Assembly (NCBI GenBank): GCA_943704425.1
Contig: CALSCP010000324.1
Location: 22,732 to 71,915 of the forward strand
Reading direction: 5' to 3'
DNA length: 49,184 nucleotides
Source: Ministeria vibrans ATCC 50519
Lineage: Eukaryota; Protista; Filasterea
Position 1 is the first letter of the stretch. Each line of letters begins with the position of its first letter. The notes under the pieces were generated by a model, which saw nothing but the letters and a program-made list of their open reading frames with translations, made no database searches and had not been told where the DNA came from. Positions 1 to 11,100 of this stretch are shown here, piece by piece. The position numbers and the translations under genes are program-made.

Positions 1-72
1 CCCCCCCTCCCTCCTTTCCCACCTAACTTGGTTTTCTTTTCTTTTCTTCTTTTGTTGTTGTTACTATTGCAG

Positions 73-2857
73 GTGCGCTCGGACAGTCGAGCGTCGTCGG
101 GCATCAACATGTACGTGGATGCGGGTCAGACACTGGAGACTAGCGAGTCGGATGACAGTGACAGCGACGGTGCACTTCCGCAGGGCGTGCTGGGGACGCC
201 CATGTCCGAGGCACTATCGGAGCTCCTTGAGGCGGCCAGGGAACACGAGTTGCCTACGATTGGCGGTCGCTACACGCCCGTGTATCGTCCTACGGTGGGA
301 CGCACCACACGGTTTGAGACGGACCTGGAGCCCCTAAGCAAACTGTGTGGCGCAGGGTTTGAAATGGGCATGGCCAAACTGCGAAAGCTGCTGCAGCACT
401 TTCGCCGCCCGTCGATGGTGCTGCAGCTCGAGCGCGAAGACGACCGTCAGCTGTCGCCAGCACCCTCCCTGCTCATTGTGGGGCGTTGTCTTACGCTCAA
501 TTTCCATGTGGGTCGTATTGAAAAGGAGCACATGAGTAGTCCGATGCTGTTACAGCTCATTGAGCAGGAGCGCCGTTATCTGGCGCAGTTGCAGGAAAAC
601 TACCACAAGATGTCGGTGAAGCCAAGCGAGCTCAGCAACCATCTGCTCGAAACACTGCGTCTCGTCCGCGACCTTGAACTGCAACTGGCCGACCGCCAGC
701 GCATCTACGAGGACATGTATCCGTCGTCGCGACGCGGTCCCGGTGGCGCGTCCTTCTCTTCCGCCTCCTCATCTTCCGCAGCAACAGCGTCGACCGGTCC
801 ACGACGTACCTCCTTCAATATCACTCGTCGCGCTCTTATTGGTGCGTCGGGAAGCACGGCCGTTGCGTTTGGAGCGGGCGGTGGCGACACTGACTCTCTC
901 AGCAGCGCCAGTGGCGTTATTCATCGTGGTCGCATGCGCACCGCCTCAACACCCTCACGCACCTCCTCTCACTCGTCCGTCGTACGCCTTGGTCAACCCA
1001 CTTCCCAACAGCAGCAGCAACAACAACAACAGCACGTTGGCAGTCCCCCCGGCGAACAGACGTTAATGGCTCAGTATCGGCCGCATACAGATACCGTTGA
1101 TGACGAGGCAACGGCCACTCCTGAGCTGTACCGTATGTATGGCATGGACAACGACGACTCGGATTGCTCGTCGACCGACTCATTCGAGTCGCTCTTTGGC
1201 GATGACCTTGATGGACTTGAAGCGCCTCTCAATGCCAGTCTTGACGACGACGATGCGGACCGTGCCTCGCTCTATCTCGACGCAAGCGAAGAATGGGACA
1301 TCCACCGTCAGATGGACCTCCAACGACAACAACAGGGCGGCACACAACTGCTCTTCCCTCAAATCATTGCAGCAACCGCCTCGCAAATGCATCAACAACA
1401 GCAGCAACAACAACAGCAACAGCAACATCAACAACAACAGCACCAGCAGCAGCAGCAGCAACAACAACAACAACAACAGATTGCGCATTCCCAACGGCCT
1501 GACAGCCCTATATTGGTGACAGCACCTACCACTCCGATGATTTCCACCTCCGACAACGCTGCTCCGCCCTTCTTCTCCGCCACGTCCACACCACAACATC
1601 TGCACCGCCCCCCTCGTGCCGCTGTGCTTTTTGGCAGCGCACCACCTTCGCCTGCGTCCCGTTCCATGGACATCACTGCACTAAGTCCGGCACCCACTCT
1701 CTCCGGCGACGGCGATCGTTCACCTCTCTCACTCACCATGGACGCCACTTCTCGCGAACAGTCAGTTTTGACCGTCGTCGGCGACTCCGAGGGCTACAAC
1801 GAACGTGGCGAACGCCACCTCGAAACGGCCGTGCTGAGCTGCTCAATGGAGCACAGTGGCAAGTCATTTTGTACCCTTGATCATTTTAAGGCGGATGAGC
1901 ACGATGTTCCCGCGTCGTCATCCGCCAACGTCCCCGGCACTACTCGCTCACTCTTGCCACCTCCTGCATCCACCACCACCTCCTCCACCACTACCACAAG
2001 CACTACATCACACTCACGCCTTCGCCCTTCCCACAGCAACGACACCATTCCCCGTCACAGTGCCTTTCCTACTGCCCTCTTGGCCCGCTCCCCCTCCAAG
2101 ACACCTAAACCCGTTCTCCCACCTCTTCTCCACACCACCTGCCTCAAAGTCGAAAGTTATGCACACCACGTCTGGTACCAAAGGTAAGTGAAGTGCTTCT
2201 CATTGATACACGTTTAACCCGTCCGCCTCTCGTTTTTTAGTCCGTACCGACCGGGTGCGTCTCTGTTGAGCTTTCGCAATCGCTATGCCTTTCACGCGAC
2301 AGTGGTGTATTCGTTGCTCAAAGGCCGCCCTCTTATCATTTACGGTCTCGCTCGCAACGAAAGTGGCATTCGCTCGCTTGCCGTGGCGCTCTCCTTCTTT
2401 GTTCCAGGTAAACTCAGTCATGTTGCATTGCACTGCAAATTAATTATGATCTGTGTGTGTCTTGTGTTTCAGGCACGCTCGACCGGCATCACACTCGCCC
2501 GTGGCTCGACCGTGCGCTCACTCTCTCCGATTTGTCTTCTCTCAAACTCGTTGGTGCCTCAAAACAGTGGAAGATTCCAACTGCAGTCGAAGTAAGCACA
2601 TGTGTTAAACAAATTAAACAAGCGCACACTCACGCCATTTTTTTTTTTTTTTTTGTTGTTGTTGATGTTGTTGTTTATTGTTCTTGATTTGTGTTGTGGT
2701 TGCCTCTCCTTCTTTCGATAGCGCTACTGTTCGGTACTTGACTTTGAGACTGAGTCGCTGAGTGCACCCGCTTACACTGGCGACATGTTGGAGGAGATGC
2801 TCGGGCGCGGAAAGCGCTGGTATGGCAAGGTACTACTGAACACCCACACAATAAAAA

Positions 2858-2940
<83 letters not shown>

Positions 2941-3899
2941 TAGTAATAATAATATTATAATATTATACTATGCTATGCTATACTGGTTAGGGGACTCTTC
3001 AGTTTTTGTCTTTTGACGCTATCTGTTTTACCTCCATCCCTGTCTCTAACTCGGTCTCACTCTCCTCTCTGTGTTAGGATGAGAACGCCTTTCTGGCGCA
3101 CTTGCATGCATCTACGCTGGGCCTTGCCTCCAAGGCGTACATCTTTTATCATGCCCAGTCGTTGGGTGCTTGCAAGATTGAGTCGTGTCGTCCAGAGGTA
3201 CTTTGTAATATAAATTTAATGGTGTGGAATGTGCTCAAGACCATTCGTTGCTAGGCCAAGATTCGTAGCAAACAAGGCCGCTCCGGTCCATCGTGGTCGA
3301 CAGCACGCCACTCAGTGACCAGGTACGTGCTTTTGGATCTCATTCACAATTCCCCTTATCCCCTGCATTCTCCACACAGTGGTCTCAATATGGCTCCATT
3401 GACAACTGTTGTCGCGTCCAGTACGCCGACATCATCGTCGTCGCCGCCGTCCACACCTCGTCATGCGCGTCTCTCTTCCGCATCGACTCTCTCTGCCATT
3501 ACACCCTCCTCGTCGTCATCTTCAGCGTCGACTGCACCATCGACGTCGGGAGCAACACCCTCAGCGCCTACGCCCACCGAGGACCCGACACATCGCACGC
3601 AGGAGCTACGCACCGAGCTCGACCTTGACCCGTGCGACCAGGAGATTGTTTCCTATCTTGCGCATCTCATCACGCAGCAGCAAGAGCTTGAGTTTCAAAA
3701 CCTCACGGGGTTCGACACGGCGACTCCCTCGTCGACGTCGTCTTCGTCGTCGGGCGCCGCCCCCTCCTACAGCAACCAGGGCTCTGCCGACACTTCCTCG
3801 CCCAATATTGCAGGCAAGAGCGTTTCGCCGACCATTCATCTTGACCTCTCGCACAACGTCATCCACAAGAATACCAACCGATCGTCCTCTGTAATCTAA
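73..3899 (+). CDS. SMCR8: SMCR8 homolog (DENN/folliculin-like, C9orf72 partner), multi-exon, 5' end lies before the window
   Basis: Spliced exons (approx. 73-2183, 2241-2407, 2473-2591, 2722-2819, 3078-3198, 3255-3322, 3380-3899) give 'FRNRYAFHATVVYSLLKGRPLIIYG..IRSLAVALSFFVPG..PWLDRALTLSDLSSLKLVG..RYCSVLDFETESLSAPAYTG..DQEIVSYLAHL'. This parallels the SMCR8 C-terminal DENN region (YPFAHPAIYSLLSGRTLVVLG..LAIFVP..RYTSILDLDNKTLRCPLYRG). There is a long low-complexity/polyQ insert. Confidence 0.75.
1393..1479 (+). repeat. CAA/CAG coding repeat (polyQ) in SMCR8-like exon
   Basis: Direct reading: (CAA/CAG)n in frame; a shorter tract lies at about 1006-1032. Confidence 0.9.
2858..2962. repeat. (AAT)n intronic microsatellite
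   Basis: Direct reading. Confidence 0.9.
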
Positions 3900-4382
3900 T
3901 CAAGTGAACAATCCCGATAATGATATAATAAAAATGGTGTGTGAATTCGGTTCCAGAAGACAACTCAAAAGCAATCGGGCAACCGACTGGGGGGACTGGC
4001 GGCATACCAGTGCACCCACCCTGCCCCTCCACGACTGGCGCACTGACGGCACTGTCGCCCCGCTCTGCAAGCTGTGTCAAGCAAGCCGTGTTTTATTCTT
4101 CGCGAAATTTCCCGCAAAATCGCGAATATAAAAGAAAAAAGGGGAAAAAAAGGACTTAATCGTATAGGCAAGTGATAGCGAAGCAGTGAGTGTAGTTGGT
4201 AGAGGACGTAGTTTGTCTTGTGAACGCAATTCATGCAAAATCCGGGCGCTTGTGGCGTCGCAATCGGGTTTCCCTCTTCTTCCACGTCGGATTCGCTGGA
4301 AGTTGATCTGAATATAAGAGCAACTTTAACTTTTCAGCCGTCACTTTTTTTTCTCAAACTCCCCTCTCCAATTGTATTCACT

Positions 4383-7076
4383 ATGCGTACATTTGTTGCT
4401 GTTGCAGCTGTGCTTGCACTCTGCGTCGCCGGCGCGTTCGCCGACGACGAAAAGAAAGAGGACTACGGTTCGGTGATCGGTAAGTTAGCACACACACACG
4501 CAACACTCAAATCCAGACTCACAATGGCCTCGCTCGTCCCACCATGCTGTAGGAATTGATCTGGGCACCACCTACTCTTGGTAAGCATCACGCAAATCTT
4601 CTTGGGTTTGCGTTTTTGGCTTGCCGGCCAATGAGCGCTCAGCACGTGTAGACTCGCTCCCTCCGCCCCTGCACTCTCCCCTTGCACGCAATTCCCACCA
4701 TCCACCCTTCCTATCTTGTATCTACCTTCCTGTTCCACAACCGGCACGTTCTGACTCCCCTGATCGTCTGCACTTGTGATTATCGTTATTTTTTTTTTTT
4801 TTTGCTCTGCTCACGGGCTCCTATTTCCTTGCTTCCCATGCCCTTTGCTGCCCAGTTGTAGTTTTCCTTGATAAACATGTATTCCGCTTGTTGATGCGGT
4901 TGATCCTGACTCATAGTCTTGTTTTTTTTTCCTGTTTTTTTTTCTTTTCTTTTTTTGACTTTGCATGATTGCTAATTCTTTTTTTCTCTTCTTTTTTTCT
5001 TACCTGTCTGTGTAGCGTCGGAATCTTCAAGGGAGGACGCGTGGAGATCATTGCGAACGACCAGGGCAACCGCATCACGCCGTCGTACGTGGCGTTCACC
5101 GAGGAGGGCGACCGTCTGATCGGCGATGCCGCCAAGAACCAACTGACCTCCAACCCCGAGAACACCATCTTCGACGCCAAGCGTCTCATTGGCCGCGAAT
5201 TCAACGACAAGAACGTCCAGAACGACATGAAGGCGTGGCCTTTTAAGGTAGCCCATTGACTAGTCGCGTACGACTTGGCGCTTACTTTCTCCCCTTTGTG
5301 CAGGTTGTGTCCAAGGCAAACAAGCCGCATGTGCAGGTCAACGTTGGCGCGACCGCCAAGACCTTTACCCCCGAGGAAATCTCCGCTATGGTTCTGACCA
5401 AGATGAAGGTAAATATTTCTTGTCATTTTGCTCTACTGTTTTGTTTCGAGCCTAGCACACAACAACTCAAATCTGTCAAACCAATTAACAGGAAACCGCC
5501 GAGGAGTACCTTGGCAAGAAGGTGACGCACGCCGTCGTGACTGTGCCGGCGTACTTTAACGACGCTCAGCGCCAGGCTACCAAGGACGCGGGCACAATTG
5601 CGGGACTCACTGTGATGCGTATCATCAACGAGCCGACTGCGGCGGCCATTGCGTACGGACTGGACAAGAAGGAAGGCGAGAAGAACATTATCGTGTTCGA
5701 CCTGGGCGGTGGTACCTTCGACGTGTCGCTCCTCACCATTGACAACGGCGTCTTTGAGGTCGTTGCTACCGCCGGCGACACCCATCTGGGTGGTCAGGAC
5801 TTTGACCAGCGTGTCATGCAGCACTTCATCAAGCTTATCCAAAAGAAGATGGGCAAGGACCTGACCAAGGACAAGCGCGCGATGCAGAAGCTTCGACGTG
5901 AGTGCGAGAAGGCCAAGCGTGCGCTCTCGGCCGCTCACCAGACCCGTCTCGAGATCGAGTCGCTCATTGACGGCGAGGACTTCAGCGAGACTCTTACCCG
6001 CGCCAAGTTTGAGGAGCTCAACATGGACCTGTTCAAGGGAACGCTCAAGCCGGTCAAGAAGGTCCTCGAGGACGGTGACCTCCGCAAGGACGAGATTGAC
6101 GAGATTGTCCTCGTCGGTGGCAGCACCCGTATCCCTAAGGTCCAGCAGCTTGTCAAAGATCTCTTCAACGGAAAAGAGGTAAAAAGAAAAAAAAAACTTA
6201 TCCAATTTTTTCTTCTAATTTTGTGTTTGTTTTCAGCCTTCTCGTGGAATCAACCCCGACGAGGCGGTTGCGTACGGTGCGGCTGTTCAGGCCGGTGTGT
6301 TGAGCGGCGAGGAGGACACGGGTGATCTCGTGCTGCTCGACGTCAACCCGCTCACGCTCGGAATTGAGACTGTCGGCGGAGTCATGTCCAAGGTGATCCC
6401 CCGCAACACTGTTGTGCCCACCAAGAAGAGCCAGATCTTCTCGACTGCCTCGGACAACCAGCCCACCGTCACCATCCAGGTGTTTGAGGGCGAGCGACCC
6501 ATGACCAAGGACAACCACCAGCTCGGCAAGTTTGATCTCACTGGCGTCCCCCCCGCCCCGCGCGGCACCCCCCAGATTGATGTCACTTTTGAGATTGACG
6601 TCAACGGTATCCTGCGCGTGTCCGCCGAGGACAAGGGCACTGGCAACAAGGAAAAGATCACCATCAATCAGGATTCATCGTCGAAGCTCTCGCCCGAGGA
6701 CATTGAGCGCATGATTCTCGAGGCGGAGCGTTTCGCCGACGAGGACGCCAAGGTGAAGGAGCGTGTCGAGGCCAAGAACGAGTTTGAGGGCTATGCCTAC
6801 TCGATCAAGAACCAGATCAAGGACGAGGCCAAGCTGGGCGGTAAGCTGAGCGACGAGGAGAAGGAGACTCTCGGCAACGCCTGCGACGAGGCCATCGAGT
6901 GGCTCGACAGCAACGCCGACGCTGACGCTGAGGCGCTCAAGGAGAAGAAGGCCGAGCTTGAGAAGGTTGTCCAGCCCATTGTCAGCAAGCTCTATGAGGG
7001 CGCCGAGGGCGCTGCCCCGCCGCCTGCTGGCGAGGAGAGCGAGGAGGATGTCGACGAGGACCGTGACGAGTTGTAA
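4383..7076 (+). CDS. HSPA5: BiP/GRP78, ER-lumenal Hsp70 (6 exons)
   Basis: Signal peptide [20 protein letters not shown], then [60 protein letters not shown] and C-terminal RDEL. Exons 4383-4479, 4553-4580, 5016-5247, 5304-5408, 5492-6178, 6237-7076. Confidence 0.97.
4628..4646 (+). promoter_or_regulatory. ERSE-like element (CCAAT-N10-CACG) in BiP intron 2
   Basis: CCAAT gagcgctcag CACG is one mismatch from mammalian CCAAT-N9-CCACG. A CCACGTC core also occurs at 4282-4288 upstream of the ATG. Confidence 0.35.
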
Positions 7077-7194
7077 ATCAATAATGCATTTTTTTTTCGT
7101 AATTTCATACGTGATCTGTGAAAGGAAGCGATTTGCGATCTCAATAATAATAATAATGCAATCTTGTACTCCTCCAAAAGACAACTTTGGGCCG

Positions 7195-8141
7195 CTACTT
7201 TTCCATTTCCTCTTTGATAAGGGTCATTTTGGTTTTGAGTTCGCGGTACTCGGGAGAGTCAAGCTGACTGGGCGTGAGGTAGTTTTCATACAATTCAACG
7301 AGAGCCTAAGGGCAAATATGACGAGATTGTTTTATCATGAGTAGTAGTGTTATTGTTAGTATTGTGTTATTATTATTGTTGTTATTATTGATAATAATAA
7401 TAATACGTCTTATTATTATTATTATTATTTTTATTATTGTTATTAGTATTGATATTATTATTATAATTGTTTGTTATTGAGATTTTCTATCATTTATAAC
7501 ATTTTCTTATTGTAGTAGAATGGGTGGTACCTCAATGAGATTGGACACAAAGTCGATTTGGCGCACATTGAGACACTCGTCGTCTTCGCTCTCTTCATTT
7601 TCACCTTCAATACTCTACGGCATGACAGGGCGTTCAGACAAGTTTATCTGACCATGCACAACAGCACACAAATGGCTACCTCGAAGGCGCGGATGATCAA
7701 CTCCATGTGGCCCTTCCAGATGGATGTGCGTAACGTCGTGCGCAGTGCGTCGTTGAGAATATGTGTCGACGCCAGAGACCGTTCAATCTGTTCAACTACA
7801 AAAAAGAGGAAAAGAAAGAAGAAGAAAAAAAGAATCAAAATATTATTATGTTCATACAACTGACACAAAAGGAGACAAACCTGTCGTGATGATGAGACGC
7901 ATAAGATCTTCTTCGCCAAGATTGCGACCCAAGAAAAAGTCCACAATGCTAAATCCGGGATTGGCACGGATGCGCGGGAGAACCTTGAGACACTGTTGCG
8001 ACAACACCCCATTGACCTGTAGGACAAAAACGAAAAAAAATAAGTAGAAAAAAACCCTCCCCTCCTCATTAGGGAACGTATATAATATTAATATACATAT
8101 AATATACAATTATAATATTATATAATTTATATATATATAAT

Positions 8142-8175
<34 letters not shown>

Positions 8176-11100
8176 GGTGTGTGTGTGAATGATTGGACAT
8201 ACAAGGCCAGCAAGACTCTCCATCATGTCCTCATATATGCTCGTGAGGTCTTCGTCGTTCTGGACACACTGTCCATGGTAGTTCAGTGACATGTTGATCA
8301 TGGTGGGCTGCAAGCCAGAAAGGACGAAAAGAGACACAATTAGAAAGAAGAGGATGGTGAGGGCTCAAAGGTGAGAACCTTTGCGTCGACGTCGATGGCG
8401 TCGGAGAGAAGAAAGATTTGCGAGCGAAAGTCGGGAAGAATGTCTTTGATGAGCGCATTGAGCGAATTGATAGCCACCAGACACTGCAACGCGACACAAA
8501 ACAAAATCAAAATAAACTCAACTTCCAATCGCCTTGCAATTTGTTCATACCTGAGAGGGGATGGCAGTCTTGTCGCTGCGCTGGAGATGGCGGGAAAAGG
8601 CAGAGCGAAGGGCAAAGGAAACGGCCTGGAAAGCATTCATGGTGATGACATGGAAGCGATGGGCAACGTGTTCGGCGACAATCTGGTCGGGAATGCTGAG
8701 AAATCGCAGCCAGTTGAGACGGCGCTCGAGCGTCACGGTGAGATCAAAAATCGATGGGATCATTTCGCTGGTGGAAGTTGCACTGGGTGGGTCAAAGGGA
8801 TCTTCGAGGATCCGTGAGGCGAGAATCTCGACGCAATGAACCTCGCTAGCGTCAAGGAAGTCAACAAAGTCGCTGAGAAAGAGCGAGCAGAGACGGCTCG
8901 AGAGCTCGGGCAGATGCGGGGCAATGCCAAAGCGATCCATAAAGGAAACAATCTGCTGGTAGACGTCGAGGCAGGTGCCTTCAGTTGCAAATGATTCGAT
9001 GGAAATGGAGCGTTTCGGCGAGCGCACGTCGCTCGGGATGCGCTCCAGTTGGTCGAGTAGTAAATCAAAAAGAACGGCGGCGTTGGACTGGACAAGCGTA
9101 AAGAAGGAACGACCGCTACTCGCCAGCTGTTGTACTTTGGAGAAGGCAACCTCAAAGTAAGAGTGGTCGTCCTCAAGGTCGGCCAAAATAAGCTGCAGCA
9201 AGTAGACGAGACGGCGCAGTTCGGGACTCATCTGCCGCCAGTTACCCAGCTGACCCATATCACCGACCTCGACGCGCGAATTCGACTGCTCGCCCACATC
9301 AAACTGCTGGCTGTCGTCGCCCGACCTACCGCCAAACGCAGAGAGCACACTCCCAAACGAACCGGTCGAGTTGCCCCGGTCCAGCTGCTGTATCATCTCC
9401 TCAAAGCGCTCCACGTCGCTCTCGGTAGTCTGTAGCATCGTCGAGAAGCGCTCCACCGTGCCTTTGCGCAGGAGTTTCGGCATAAAAACGTAAATCTTCT
9501 GTGCGCGCGAGCTCGCGTCAATAAACGACCGGTTGTTGATAATCTCGTGTAGCATCTGCACAAAGCCCTGAAGGGCGCCTGAAAAAGAAAAAAGCAAAAA
9601 AAAAAGGAAAGAGAGAGAAGCGAGGGAACAACCACAAAGTCATGTAAGCATTTATTTTGTGCGACACGACGCACCAATGCACACTAAAAAAAGGACGACA
9701 CTCGTTGTATGAGGATGCGTACCTGCTGGCTTGTTGAAGGGAAAATTGCGCTTGTAAACGCTGATTTGCTGCTCGAGGTTGGACTGAAGATCGTCCATGA
9801 CAGTGATGAAGAGGTCGTTTTCCTGGACGCCAAAGATGGGGGAGCGCAGGGAGTCGGAACATGACGTGAAGACTGCATGCAGCAGATTGGGGTCGAGAAA
9901 GGTCTTGCGCCAGAGTTCGGTGAGGAGTTGAAGGTACGTGATTTTGCGGTGAACGTCGCTGACACCGTAGCGAGCAACGTAATCGTCGAGCACGGCCACA
10001 ATGGGAGGTGACAGTCGACCGAGCGTGTGACACTTCAACACCTCGTACTTGAGTACCTTGCGCAAAATGATGCGGTACCACAAGTTGTGGTTCACTTCAA
10101 TGCTCACGCCGCCGGTTGTCGAGTCCTGGTGCTGCAGTGAGCGGTGCAACTTGGTGAGCTCACGATCGCGTACATGTGCTTCGCTGCCACCAGACTTGCC
10201 GACGAGCATTGCTGCAAGCTTGTCGCGCCTCTGGTGGTGCACGCCGGCGGCCTTGTCGTCCTTCTTGCCAACCACCGTAGGCACGTATGTCTGTTTGGTC
10301 GCCGCCATGATGCTCTTGACCCACATTTCGCTCTGCTGCGAGTCGGTGTGCGCAAAAAACACAGTCGACGCGCCCGCCTTGGTCACTTTGAAGGTGTACA
10401 CGCCTGTCGTCGAGGGAATGCACTGAGCAATGACGTCGTCCTCAACCGAGTCAGTGTACGCCACAATGTGACGGTCAAAAAAGAGCTGGTGTGCCGGCTC
10501 GCTCTTGCGACGCTTGAACTGCGCCAAGTAGAACTCAAAGTCACCCTCGCCGTAGATGATGATGTAGCGCTTCTTCCAACGCTTCCAAGGCCCACCCTGA
10601 CACCACACCCAGCCAGCCTGGTAACACTTGCGGTCCACTGTCGCCTTGAGACGCACCATCAACTCCACCTTGCCCTGCATACATACATATATATATATAT
10701 AATTATATACATTACAAATAATAGACATCTTTTTTTTTCTTTTTTTTGTTTGTTGGTTTGTTTGTTTGTTTGTTTGTGTTTGTTTGTTTGTTTGTTTGTT
10801 TGTTCCTTTTTTTGTTTTACTTTACCTTAGGCAGAGCTTTGTTTTTCGTGGGAGAATCTGACTCGGACGATTTGCGAATGGATTCGCCTTGGGAGTCAAA
10901 GTAGGAGTCGAGCGGGACCCACTTGCCCAGGCTCCATGGGTTGGTGTTGCGCAGACTGCCATAGTCGACGTCAATAGTGACGCGTCCGAGCGTCTTGTCG
11001 TCGAGCAAGCCCGTGCGCACCTGACGCAGGGAAATGGCGACTTGGCCCACGGGAATGGACATTGGACAGGCGGAGGTCTCGTCCCATTCGGGTGCACTTG

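Noticed and set aside
7062-7076. RDEL rather than KDEL/HDEL at the BiP C-terminus
   Set aside because: A known functional ER-retrieval variant; not novel.
4911-7184. Long antisense ORFs opposite BiP
   Set aside because: Well-known shadow ORFs of GC3-rich Hsp70 genes; no independent coding signal.
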